This document shows, piece after piece, positions 9,373 to 18,616 of a stretch of DNA of 55,365 bases (its first letter is position 1; each line of letters opens with the position of its first letter). The stretch is from the NCBI GenBank assembly GCA_024762975.1, contig JANTGJ010000005.1, positions 1 through 55,365 of the forward strand. Reading direction: 5' to 3'. The notes below the pieces were generated by a model, which worked only from the letters and a program-made list of their open reading frames with translations, was not told the DNA's origin and made no database searches. The translations under genes and the position numbers were made by a program. Origin of the DNA: Candidatus Krumholzibacteriia bacterium. GTDB taxonomy: Bacteria; Krumholzibacteriota; Krumholzibacteriia; LZORAL124-64-63.

Positions 9373-10677
9373 TTGAGCCGCAACGATACACGGATCCTCT
9401 CGCAACGCTTCGGACGCAAGGACAGCCACAAGCTGAGCGTTTACGAGGCCGAGGGAGGCTACAAAGCCCTGCGTAAGGTGCTGCAGGAGATGCAGCCGGC
9501 GGAGGTGCGCGAAGAGGTCAAGGCCTCCGGCCTGCGCGGTCGCGGGGGGGCGGGCTTCCCGACCGGAGTCAAATGGGGCTTTGTGCCCCAGGACGCCGAG
9601 GAAATTTACTTCTTCGTCAACGCGGACGAGTCCGAGCCGGGAACCTTCAAGGATCGCTACTGTCTGGACTACGATCCGCACCAGACGATCGAAGGCACGA
9701 TCATCAGTTGCTTTGCCGTGCGGGCCCGAACGGCCTTCATCTACATTCGCGGCGAGTTCGGCTGGCTGGTCGATCGAGTTCAGAAGGCTGTCGACGAAGC
9801 CTACGCCGCAGGGTTCCTGGGCAAGAACATCCTGGGCAGTGGGTACGACCTGGAAATGATCGTCCATAAGGGCGCGGGTGCCTATATCTGCGGCGAAGAG
9901 ACCGGTCTGATCAATTCGGTTACCGGGAAGAAAGGCCAGCCCTCGTTGAAGCCGCCGTTCCCTGCGGTCTCGGGTTTCCTGGGCAAGCCGACCATCGTCA
10001 ACAACGTCGAGTCCGTCGCTACGGTTCCCTGGATCATCAATCACGGCGCTGCCGCCTACCAGGAATTCGGCACCGAGAAATCCCGCGGCACGAAACTGTT
10101 CTCGGTCAGCGGACCGGTCAGGAATCCGGGAGTTTTCGAGATCCCCCTGGGTATGCCCTTCCGCGAGTTTTTCCATGATGTTCTCGGTGGCATGATCGAC
10201 GGTGAAGAGCTCAAGGCGGTCATCGTCGGCGGCAGCTCGGTGCCGGTGCTGCCGGCGGCTGAAGTGATGAATATCAATCTGGACTACGAATCGACTTCAC
10301 AGGCGGGAACGATGCTGGGCTCGGGCGGGATGATCATCATTCCCGAGAGCAGCGACATGGTCGAATTGATCCAGGTATTGATGCACTTCTATTTCGATGA
10401 ATCGTGCGGACAGTGCACGCCGTGTCGAGAGGGAACGGGGTGGTTGCACAAGATCGTCAAGCGGCTGCGCGGGGGGAAGGGTACGCTCGATGACCTCGAG
10501 CTCCTGGAGCATGTCTGCAGCGGCATGGCGGGGCTGACCATCTGTCCACTGGCCGATGCCGCAGTGATGCCGATGCGCAGTTTCCTCGACAAGTTCCGCC
10601 CCGAGTTCGAAGCCCTCATCCAGGAGACCGCGACGGCCGGCGCTACGAGCCGCTGGCCGCGGGGTGAGCAGGAGTGA
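9373..10677 (+). CDS. nuoF: NADH-quinone oxidoreductase subunit F
   Basis: SGLRGRGGAGFPTGVKW, NADESEPGTFKDR, GAGAYICGEETGL, ESCGQCTPCREG; TTG start. Confidence 0.97.
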   Translation: MSRNDTRILSQRFGRKDSHKLSVYEAEGGYKALRKVLQEMQPAEVREEVKASGLRGRGGAGFPTGVKWGFVPQDAEEIYFFVNADESEPGTFKDRYCLDYDPHQTIEGTIISCFAVRARTAFIYIRGEFGWLVDRVQKAVDEAYAAGFLGKNILGSGYDLEMIVHKGAGAYICGEETGLINSVTGKKGQPSLKPPFPAVSGFLGKPTIVNNVESVATVPWIINHGAAAYQEFGTEKSRGTKLFSVSGPVRNPGVFEIPLGMPFREFFHDVLGGMIDGEELKAVIVGGSSVPVLPAAEVMNINLDYESTSQAGTMLGSGGMIIIPESSDMVELIQVLMHFYFDESCGQCTPCREGTGWLHKIVKRLRGGKGTLDDLELLEHVCSGMAGLTICPLADAAVMPMRSFLDKFRPEFEALIQETATAGATSRWPRGEQE

Positions 10678-10682
10678 ACGGA

Positions 10683-12257
10683 ATGGCCAAACTGACCATC
10701 GATGGCAAGGAACTGGAAGTCCCCGACGGGACCCGGTTGTTCGATGCCTGCACCGAGGCGCGCGGCAAACCGCTCCCTCATTTCTGCTACCACCCGGACC
10801 TGTCGGTAGCCGGTGTCTGCCGTCTGTGCCAGGTCGAGATCGAGGGAATGCCAAAACTGGCAATCGCCTGCAACACGATCGTGAACGATGGCATGGTGGT
10901 GCACACGAACAACGAGCGGGTGCGCAAGGCCTCCGAGCAGATCCTGGAGATGCACCTGATCAATCATCCGGTGGACTGCCCGATCTGTGATCAGGCGGGT
11001 GAATGCGGGTTGCAGAATCAGTATATGGAGTACGGGCTGTACGACTCCAAGGTCGAGATGGTCCAGAAGACTCACAAAAAGAAGGCCAAGGTCATCGGAC
11101 CGCAGGTCATCCTCGACCAAGAGCGTTGTGTGCTGTGCAGTCGTTGCGTGCGATTCTGCAACGAGGTCACCGGGACGGGCGAACTGGGGATCTACAACCG
11201 CGGCGATCGGGCGGAGATCGATACCGCACCCGGAGTGGATCTGGACAACAACTACAGTCTCAATACGGTGGATATTTGCCCGGTGGGCGCCTTGACCAGC
11301 CGCGATTTTCGTTTCCAGAAGCGAGTCTGGATGTTGAAGGCCGCCGAAAGTATCTGTCCGGGGTGTTCCACCGGTTGCAACGTCCGCATCGATTACGAAG
11401 GGTCCCGCATCTACCGGTTGAAGCCCCGTTTCAACCCCGATGTCAACCGGCGCTGGATGTGCGACAAGGGGCGCATGCTGTACAAGGCCGTCCACGACGA
11501 AAAGCGGCTGACCGAACCGATGAAGCGCAGCGGCGGTGAATTGCAGACGCTGGGCTGGCAGGAAGCGAGTGAAACCGCGGTAGGCATGCTCAAGCCGGGG
11601 AGAGTGGATCTGGTGCTGGGCAGTCCGCATCTGTCGCTCGAAGAGGCGGTCCTGTTGCGCCGCCTGGGACTCAAGCTGGCGGGCGAGGATCAATTGGTCG
11701 GCGGAGTTGCCGGGGCCGAGGTCCGCCCGGGCGATGATCTGCTGCTGAATTCCGATCGAACGCCCAATCGGGCGGGCCTCCGCATGGCCGGCTGGCAGGA
11801 ATTGCCGGTGGCGGAGCTGGTTGCGAAGCTGCGTGAAGCGCGCGGAACCGTACTTGTGCACGGAGGCAACCCGGCCGCGGACGAGTCCGTGCGCGAAGCG
11901 CTGGCCGGTTGCCAGCATGTCCTGTACATCGGGACCCATCGCAATGAGACGGCCGGGACGGCGGCCTTGGCGCTGCCCGGCGCTGCGTGGGCCGAGAAGG
12001 CCGGCATCTTCGTCAACAAGGATGGGCGCCTGCAGGCTTTCAAGTCGTCCATCGTCCGGCCGGGACAGGCACGCGAGGACTGGCGGGTCTTGTCCGAGTT
12101 GCTGGCTGCGGCGGGCGAAGAAGAGGCTCCCGGCAGTCTGCGCGCGCTGCGAAAATCGGTCGGTGCCGACTTGTTCCCGGACGTCGAATTCAATCTGGTC
12201 GCCCTGCCCGCGCGGGGTGTAAACCCGACGGCTCCGGTCGCCGGAGGAGAGGGCTGA
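10683..12257 (+). CDS. nuoG: NADH-quinone oxidoreductase subunit G (short form)
   Basis: PHFCYHP...CRLCQV...AC, HPVDCPICDQAGEC, RCVLCSRCVRFC...CPVGAL, SICPGCSTGC...MCDKG. Confidence 0.93.
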   Translation: MAKLTIDGKELEVPDGTRLFDACTEARGKPLPHFCYHPDLSVAGVCRLCQVEIEGMPKLAIACNTIVNDGMVVHTNNERVRKASEQILEMHLINHPVDCPICDQAGECGLQNQYMEYGLYDSKVEMVQKTHKKKAKVIGPQVILDQERCVLCSRCVRFCNEVTGTGELGIYNRGDRAEIDTAPGVDLDNNYSLNTVDICPVGALTSRDFRFQKRVWMLKAAESICPGCSTGCNVRIDYEGSRIYRLKPRFNPDVNRRWMCDKGRMLYKAVHDEKRLTEPMKRSGGELQTLGWQEASETAVGMLKPGRVDLVLGSPHLSLEEAVLLRRLGLKLAGEDQLVGGVAGAEVRPGDDLLLNSDRTPNRAGLRMAGWQELPVAELVAKLREARGTVLVHGGNPAADESVREALAGCQHVLYIGTHRNETAGTAALALPGAAWAEKAGIFVNKDGRLQAFKSSIVRPGQAREDWRVLSELLAAAGEEEAPGSLRALRKSVGADLFPDVEFNLVALPARGVNPTAPVAGGEG

Positions 12258-13582
12258 TGGACATCATTCTGGAAACCCTGTCGAAGATCGGCTTCATGTT
12301 TGCCGTGATCATGGGCATGGTCGTGGTGCTGATCTGGATGGAGCGCAAAGGCGCGGCCTTTATCCAGGACCGGACCGGACCGAACCGGGCGGCGATCCTG
12401 GGTGTGCGCCTGGCGGGCCTGGTCCATCCCGTGGCGGATGTGTTCAAGCTCCTGTTCAAGGAAGATATCCAGCCCTCCGGCAGGCACCGGGCCTTCTACA
12501 ACCTGGCCCCGTGGCTGGTGATGACCGTGGCCCTCAGCACGTACGCCGTGATTCCGTTCGGTGACTACCTGACGGTGGCCGGCCGCAAGGTGGCCCTGGT
12601 CACGGCCGACCTGAATGTCGGACTGCTGTACATCCTGGCTGTGGCATCGCTGGGCACCTACGGGGTGGTCATGGCCGGTTGGGCGGCCAACAACAAATAC
12701 ACCTTCCTGGGGGGCGTGCGGGCCACCGCCCAGATGATCTCCTACGAGATCAACATGGGGCTGGCCCTGATGGGCCTGGTGCTGGTGTTTTCGCACACCG
12801 CGACACCCGGGTACCTGCGGGAGTTCCTGGGCACCGACTTCCTGTCCGGCCTGCGTCTGACCCATCTGGTGGCCGGCCAGGGCGAACTGCTCTGGGGCTT
12901 CCTGCCCAAGTGGGGCATCGTCGTGCAGCCACTGGGCTTTCTCCTGTTCATTACCGCGGTCTATGCCGAAACCAACCGCAACCCCTTCGACCTGCCCGAA
13001 GGTGAATCCGAGATCGTGGCGGGATACCATCTGGAATACAGCTCGATGAAGTTTGCTTTGTTTTTCATGGCCGAGTACGCGCACATGGTGATCGGTGCGG
13101 CCCTGATCGCGACATTCTATTTCGGGGGATACCAGATTCCCTGGATGCCGCGTCCGGTTCTCGAGGCGCATGCCGGTATGTTGCTGACCCTCAAACTGAT
13201 CGCGGTGGCGGCGGTCGGTTTTCTGTTCGCCCTGCTTTTCCTGCGCCGCACGCAAAGGGAGAAGGGGAAGTTCGGCGACCTGCGGGACAACGAACCCCGG
13301 TTGGGAGCAGGCTTGTGGCTGATCGTGGCCCTGGCGGCCCTGGGCGGCCTGGCTTTGCGGCCCTGGACCCTCGGACCCGAGGGAGCTTCGCTTTTCGCGA
13401 GCCTGATGCAGGTCGGGGCCTTCCTGGCCAAACTGGTGTTTTTCGCCTGGCTGTTCATCTGGGTCCGCTGGACGCTGCCGCGTTTCCGGTATGACCAGTT
13501 GATGGGCCTGGGCTGGAAGGTCATGCTGCCGCTGGGCGTGGCCAACCTGGTCGTCACGGCCGTGGTTTTGACGATCGTCTAG
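12257..13582 (+). CDS. nuoH: NADH-quinone oxidoreductase subunit H (441 aa, with insertion)
   Basis: ERK.AA.IQDR.GPNR, AQMISYE, AETNRNPFDLPEGESEIVAGYHLEYS, WVRWTLPRFRYDQLM; TGATG overlap with nuoG. Confidence 0.96.
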   Translation: MDIILETLSKIGFMFAVIMGMVVVLIWMERKGAAFIQDRTGPNRAAILGVRLAGLVHPVADVFKLLFKEDIQPSGRHRAFYNLAPWLVMTVALSTYAVIPFGDYLTVAGRKVALVTADLNVGLLYILAVASLGTYGVVMAGWAANNKYTFLGGVRATAQMISYEINMGLALMGLVLVFSHTATPGYLREFLGTDFLSGLRLTHLVAGQGELLWGFLPKWGIVVQPLGFLLFITAVYAETNRNPFDLPEGESEIVAGYHLEYSSMKFALFFMAEYAHMVIGAALIATFYFGGYQIPWMPRPVLEAHAGMLLTLKLIAVAAVGFLFALLFLRRTQREKGKFGDLRDNEPRLGAGLWLIVALAALGGLALRPWTLGPEGASLFASLMQVGAFLAKLVFFAWLFIWVRWTLPRFRYDQLMGLGWKVMLPLGVANLVVTAVVLTIV

Positions 13583-13661
13583 AGGTCCCTGAAGGGATCG
13601 AACCGTTGAGTTTCGTTTCCGGCGTGGCCGGATCCAGATAGCGCTCACACCGAGGAGTGTC

Positions 13662-14168
13662 ATGAGTTTCGAAGGATTGCCCAAGGGAACCGGTGCCAAG
13701 AAGGCCTCGTTCCGCGACGCGATCTACTTCTGGGAGATCCTGCGCGGATTGGGTGTGACCATCAAACACCTGGTGTACAACATCTTCCACACGGCGGAGA
13801 TGCCGACGATGCAGTATCCGGAGGAGAAGCGCGTCTACAGTGACCGCTTCCGCGGGCGCCACCGTCTCATGCAGCGCGAGGACGGTACGCCTCGTTGTGT
13901 TGCCTGCCAGATGTGCTCGACCGTCTGCCCGGCCGACTGCATCGCCATCCAGGGTGCGGAACACCCGGACAGTGAGATCGAAAAGTTTCCTGAAACTTTC
14001 GAGATCGATCTGTTGCGGTGCGTTTTCTGCGGACTGTGCGAGGAGGCCTGTCCCTGCGATGCCATCCGTCTTGATACCGGTATCTACGAGATCGCCGCGG
14101 ACAGCCGCGAAAAATTTATCGTGCAGAAGGACTTCCTGTTGAACAACAAGGAAGACGGCACCTACTAG
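13662..14168 (+). CDS. nuoI: NADH-quinone oxidoreductase subunit I
   Basis: RFRGRH, CVACQMCSTVCP and CVFCGLCEEACP (two 4Fe-4S motifs); GAGGAG RBS. Confidence 0.96.
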   Translation: MSFEGLPKGTGAKKASFRDAIYFWEILRGLGVTIKHLVYNIFHTAEMPTMQYPEEKRVYSDRFRGRHRLMQREDGTPRCVACQMCSTVCPADCIAIQGAEHPDSEIEKFPETFEIDLLRCVFCGLCEEACPCDAIRLDTGIYEIAADSREKFIVQKDFLLNNKEDGTY

Positions 14169-14215
14169 ACCAGGAAATGATCCGGGCCCCGGCCCGGGAA
14201 GGGGACTGATTCGGC

Positions 14216-14731
14216 ATGGAAGGATTTCTGTTCTGGTTCTGCGGCATCCTGATGTTCCTGGGCGGACTGATGATGGTCGTCCAGCGCAGCGCCGTGGTAT
14301 CCGCCGTTTGGCTGGTGTTCAGTTTTCTGTGCACGGCCGGCATTTTCGCCCTGCTCTCGGCTCCGTTTCTTGCCGTGATGCAGGTGCTGGTGTACGCCGG
14401 CGCCATCATGGTCCTGTTCCTGTACGTCATCATGATGCTGCATGGGCCGGTACTGGAGGATGAGCTGATTCCATCGAACAAGGCCCTTTGGCCGCTGATT
14501 GCGATACCGCCCGCTGCGGTCGTGATTTTGCTGGTCGGGTGGGTCAAGGGTGAGGGGCTGCGCACCATGCCTGACTCGATTGCTGCGGACTTCGGTACTG
14601 CGGAACACGTCGCGCAGTTGCTGCTGGGCCGCTATCTGTTGGCCTTCGAGCTGATTTCGATCGTACTGCTGGTTGCCATCATCGGCGCCCTGGCGATCGG
14701 TCAGCGGGAGAGGAAACTGCCGTGGAAATAA
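14216..14731 (+). CDS. nuoJ: NADH-quinone oxidoreductase subunit J
   Basis: APFLAVMQVLVYAGAIMVLFLYVIMML, YLLAFELISIVLLVAIIGA. Confidence 0.95.
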   Translation: MEGFLFWFCGILMFLGGLMMVVQRSAVVSAVWLVFSFLCTAGIFALLSAPFLAVMQVLVYAGAIMVLFLYVIMMLHGPVLEDELIPSNKALWPLIAIPPAAVVILLVGWVKGEGLRTMPDSIAADFGTAEHVAQLLLGRYLLAFELISIVLLVAIIGALAIGQRERKLPWK

Positions 14732-15027
14732 CCCTGAGCCATTACCTGCTGCTGGCGGGCGCCGTCTTTACGACGGGAATGGTGGGCTTCGTCATCCGGC
14801 GCAACGCGATTGTCATGTTGATGTGTGTCGAGTTGATGCTGAGCTCGACCAATATCGTGTTCGCGGCTTTCTCGCGTTTCCACGGCAATGCCGATGGTCA
14901 CGTTTTCGTGCTGATGAACTTCGCCGTCGCCGCCGCCGAGGCGGCCATCGGCCTGGCGATCCTGGTCGAAATCTTCCGCAGACGCCGCACGGTGAACGTG
15001 GATGATTTCAAAACCCTGATGGAGTAG
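14722..15027 (+). CDS. nuoK: NADH-quinone oxidoreductase subunit K
   Basis: RRNAIVMLMCVELML, AVAAAEAAIGLAI; GTG start. Confidence 0.96.
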   Translation: MEITLSHYLLLAGAVFTTGMVGFVIRRNAIVMLMCVELMLSSTNIVFAAFSRFHGNADGHVFVLMNFAVAAAEAAIGLAILVEIFRRRRTVNVDDFKTLME

Positions 15028-15031
15028 ATTC

Positions 15032-17014
15032 GTGGAGAGCCACTCGACCGAAATTCTCCTGCGATGGATCGTGCTGATCCCCCTGTTGGGGGCGGCCGTT
15101 AACGGCCTCTTGAACCGCAAACTGCCTCGGCAGGTGGCGGGACTGCTGGCCTGTACCACAGTGGGTATCAGCTTTGCGTTGTCGATCGTCGTGTTCCTGC
15201 GCCTGCTGGGGATGGAAGCGGAGCATCGTTTCCTGACCGATACGGTGGCCACCTGGATCGGCTATGGCAACCTGAGCGTCGATCTGGGATTTGCCATCGA
15301 CCCGCTGAATGCCGTGATGGCCCTGGTCGTCACCGGGATCGGCTTTTTGATCCACGTCTATTCGCTCGGTTACATGGCACACGACCAGGGCTTCCAGCGC
15401 TTTTTCGCCTACCTGAACCTCTTCATCTTCTCGATGATGACGCTGGTTCTGGGTGAAAATCTGCTCATGCTGTTCGTGGGCTGGGAAGGCGTGGGCCTTT
15501 GCTCGTACCTGCTGATCAGTTTCTGGTTCAACGACGAGGCCAATGCCGCCGCGGGCAAGAAGGCCTTCATCGTCAACCGGATCGGCGACTTCGGATTCCT
15601 GATCGGCATGTTCCTGATCGGTGCAACCCTGCTGCCGCATCTACAGGGGGGCGAGGGCCTCTTCTCGTTCCAGACGCTCCAGCACCACACCGACCTGCTG
15701 GCGCCCGTGGCAACGGTGATCTGTCTGCTGCTGTTCGTCGGCGCCACCGGCAAGAGCGCCCAGATCCCGTTGTATATCTGGTTGCCCGACGCCATGGCCG
15801 GCCCGACGCCCGTCAGTGCGCTGATCCATGCCGCGACAATGGTCACCGCCGGTGTGTACATGATCGCCCGCATGAATTTCCTGTTCGTGATGTCCGATAC
15901 CGCGATGCTGGTCGTGGCGATCGTCGGCGCCGCGACGGCGATTTTTGCGAGCTCGATCGCGCTGGTGCAGAACGACATCAAGAAGGTACTGGCCTATTCG
16001 ACCGTCTCGCAGTTGGGGTACATGATGCTCGCCTGCGGAGTGGGTGCTTTCGGTGTCGGCATTTTCCATGTCATGACGCATGCCTTTTTCAAGGCGCTGC
16101 TGTTTCTGGGTTCCGGTTCGGTGATCCATGCCATGAGTGACGAGCAGGATATGCGCGTCATGGGGGGGCTGAAGAACAAGCTGCCGATCACCTACTGGAC
16201 CTTCCTGATCGGTACCCTGGCCATTGCGGGAGTCTTCCCGGCTGCCGGGTTCTTCTCGAAGGACGAAATCCTCTGGAAGGCGTGGAGCAGCGGCCACCAT
16301 ATCCTGTGGGGCGTGGGATTCCTGGCCGCCGGGATGACGGCGTTCTACATGATGCGCCTGGTCGCGATGACGTTCTATGGGCAGAACCGCGCCAGCGCCG
16401 AGGTCAAGAGCCACATCCACGAATCACCCGCCACGATGACGATCCCGCTGATCGTGCTGGCGGGACTGGCGCTTGTTGGCGGCTGGATCGGCTGGCCCCA
16501 TTTCCTGGGCGGTGGCGCCTGGTTCGAGGCCTGGCTGGAACCGGTATTCAGCGGAGGACACGCCGCCCACGGCGCGGTCGTCCATTCGGCCGGCGAGGCT
16601 CACGTTGCCCACGATGTTGCGATGGAATGGACTTTGGCCGGCGCTTCGCTGGCCTGGGGAATCCTGGGCCTGGGGGTCGGCTGGTTCATCTACACGAAGA
16701 AGCTGGCCACGGCCGACTCGTTCAAGAAATTCGCCGGTGGATTTCCGCACCGCGTACTGCTGAACAAGTACTACGTGGATGAGGGATACGAGGCGGCGTT
16801 TATTCGTCCCGGTTTCCGTCTCAGCAAGACGGTGCTGTGGAAGGTGATCGATGCCGGAGTGATCGACGGGTTGCTGGTCAACGGTGCGGCCCTGGTTGTT
16901 GCCGTCGTCGGTTCGGTGCTGCGGATCTTCCAGAACGGGATGGTTCGATTCTATGCCTGGTCGTTCACCATCGGGGTGACGGTCTTCATCCTGTACCTCA
17001 GTTTCTCGGGCTAG
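15032..17014 (+). CDS. nuoL: NADH-quinone oxidoreductase subunit L
   Basis: GWEGVGLCSYLLI, KAFIVNRIGD, GKSAQIPLY.WLPDAMAGPTPVSALIHAATMVTAG, THAFFKALLF. Confidence 0.97.
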   Translation: MESHSTEILLRWIVLIPLLGAAVNGLLNRKLPRQVAGLLACTTVGISFALSIVVFLRLLGMEAEHRFLTDTVATWIGYGNLSVDLGFAIDPLNAVMALVVTGIGFLIHVYSLGYMAHDQGFQRFFAYLNLFIFSMMTLVLGENLLMLFVGWEGVGLCSYLLISFWFNDEANAAAGKKAFIVNRIGDFGFLIGMFLIGATLLPHLQGGEGLFSFQTLQHHTDLLAPVATVICLLLFVGATGKSAQIPLYIWLPDAMAGPTPVSALIHAATMVTAGVYMIARMNFLFVMSDTAMLVVAIVGAATAIFASSIALVQNDIKKVLAYSTVSQLGYMMLACGVGAFGVGIFHVMTHAFFKALLFLGSGSVIHAMSDEQDMRVMGGLKNKLPITYWTFLIGTLAIAGVFPAAGFFSKDEILWKAWSSGHHILWGVGFLAAGMTAFYMMRLVAMTFYGQNRASAEVKSHIHESPATMTIPLIVLAGLALVGGWIGWPHFLGGGAWFEAWLEPVFSGGHAAHGAVVHSAGEAHVAHDVAMEWTLAGASLAWGILGLGVGWFIYTKKLATADSFKKFAGGFPHRVLLNKYYVDEGYEAAFIRPGFRLSKTVLWKVIDAGVIDGLLVNGAALVVAVVGSVLRIFQNGMVRFYAWSFTIGVTVFILYLSFSG

Positions 17015-17026
17015 GAGGAAGCTGGT

Positions 17027-18616
17027 TTGTCGTTCATCAACGACCATATCCTGACTCTGGTCACTTTCGTTCCGCTGGCCGGTTCGCTGGCGCTGTGGAC
17101 GGTGATCCGACGCGACGGCCTGGCGCGCATCTTCGCTCTCGTCGTCGCGCTGATCGATTTCGTGCTCTCGCTGCACCTGTGGTTCCACTTCGATCCCGGC
17201 CGCGGCGACGATCAATTCGTCGAGCGCTTCGCCTGGCTGCTGTCGGGCGAGGTCACCTACCACCTGGGGATGGACGGGATCAGCCTGGTGCTGGCCCTGC
17301 TGACCACCTTCCTGGGGCCGCTGGTGATCCTGTCGACCTGGTCGGCGATCACCAAGCGCGTGCCGGGTTTCCTGGGTTTCGTTCTGTTCCTGCAGACGGC
17401 CATGCTGGGAACCTTCTTTGCCCGGGACATGCTGCTGTTCTACGTATTCTGGGAAGCCATGCTGATCCCGATGTACTTCATCATCGGGATCTGGGGCGGC
17501 CAGCGACGGATCTATGCCTCGGTGAAGTTCTTCATCTTCACGATGGTTGGTTCGGTGTTCATGCTGGTCGGCATTCTTTGGCTGTTTTTCCAGGCCGGCA
17601 GTATGGCTCTGACGGATTTCCTGAATCTGCAGATCGGGCATGAACAGCAGTTGTGGTTGTTCGCGGCATTCTTCCTGGCCTTTGCGATCAAGGTGCCGGT
17701 ATTTCCGTTGCACACCTGGCTGCCGGACGCTCATGTCGAGGCGCCCACGGCGGGCTCGGTGATCCTGGCCGGTGTCCTGCTGAAGATGGGAACCTACGGC
17801 ATGCTGCGATTCGCGATGCCGCTTTTCCCGGACGGCGTCACCTTTTTCGCACCGGCGATCAGCATTCTCGCGGTCATCGGAATCATCTACGGAGCCCTGG
17901 TTGCCATGGTGCAGCCCGATGTCAAGAAGCTGGTGGCCTACAGTTCGGTCTCGCACCTGGGTTTCGTGGTGCTGGGACTCTTCTCGCTGACGCCGATGGG
18001 CGTGGCCGGCGGGATCTTCCAGATGCTGGCGCACGGCCTGTCCACGGGCGCGTTGTTCCTGCTGGTCGGGGTGATCTATGACCGCCGTCACACGCGCGAG
18101 ATTTCCGAGTTCGGCGGACTGGCCCACCAGATGCCGCTGTACGCGACGTTCTTCATGATCGCCACGCTCGCCTCGGTTGGCTTGCCGATCCTGGCGGGCT
18201 TTATCGGCGAGTTCATGATCCTCTTCGGTACTTTCCACAGTTCGACGCTGGTGCACGCGAAGCTGTTCGCCATCCTGGCTGCGACGGGTGTCGTGCTCGG
18301 CGCCATCTACATGTTCTGGATGTACCAGCGGGTATTCCTGGGCAAGCTGAGCAATGATAAGAACCGGAACCTGCCGGATCTGAACCTGCGCGAGATCGTC
18401 GTTCTGGTGCCGATCCTGGTTTTCATCTTCTGGCTGGGCGTGCAACCCGGTTTCATCCTCGACAAAATCGAGACGAGCGTGGAACACGTGCTGGCTCCCC
18501 TGGGAGTGGAGCAGCACCACGAATCGCAAACCAGCGAAAGTCATCATGCACGGATCCTGCCGGCAGGCGGGACCGGTTCCCCGAACTTCGTTGTTCTTGA
18601 AGCGGAGAGTCACTGA
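17027..18616 (+). CDS. nuoM: NADH-quinone oxidoreductase subunit M
   Basis: FYVFWEAMLIPM, AFAIKVP.FPLHTWLPDAHVEAPTAGSVILAGVLLKMGTYG, KKLVAYSSVSHLG; TTG start after AGGAGG. Confidence 0.97.
   Translation: MSFINDHILTLVTFVPLAGSLALWTVIRRDGLARIFALVVALIDFVLSLHLWFHFDPGRGDDQFVERFAWLLSGEVTYHLGMDGISLVLALLTTFLGPLVILSTWSAITKRVPGFLGFVLFLQTAMLGTFFARDMLLFYVFWEAMLIPMYFIIGIWGGQRRIYASVKFFIFTMVGSVFMLVGILWLFFQAGSMALTDFLNLQIGHEQQLWLFAAFFLAFAIKVPVFPLHTWLPDAHVEAPTAGSVILAGVLLKMGTYGMLRFAMPLFPDGVTFFAPAISILAVIGIIYGALVAMVQPDVKKLVAYSSVSHLGFVVLGLFSLTPMGVAGGIFQMLAHGLSTGALFLLVGVIYDRRHTREISEFGGLAHQMPLYATFFMIATLASVGLPILAGFIGEFMILFGTFHSSTLVHAKLFAILAATGVVLGAIYMFWMYQRVFLGKLSNDKNRNLPDLNLREIVVLVPILVFIFWLGVQPGFILDKIETSVEHVLAPLGVEQHHESQTSESHHARILPAGGTGSPNFVVLEAESH

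Noticed and set aside
14177-14209. Mini-ORF MIRAPAREGD ending in a TGA in frame with nuoJ (possible readthrough or selenocysteine)
   Set aside because: nuoJ is complete from ATG 14216, no Cys/Sec is expected there, and I saw no SECIS-like support.
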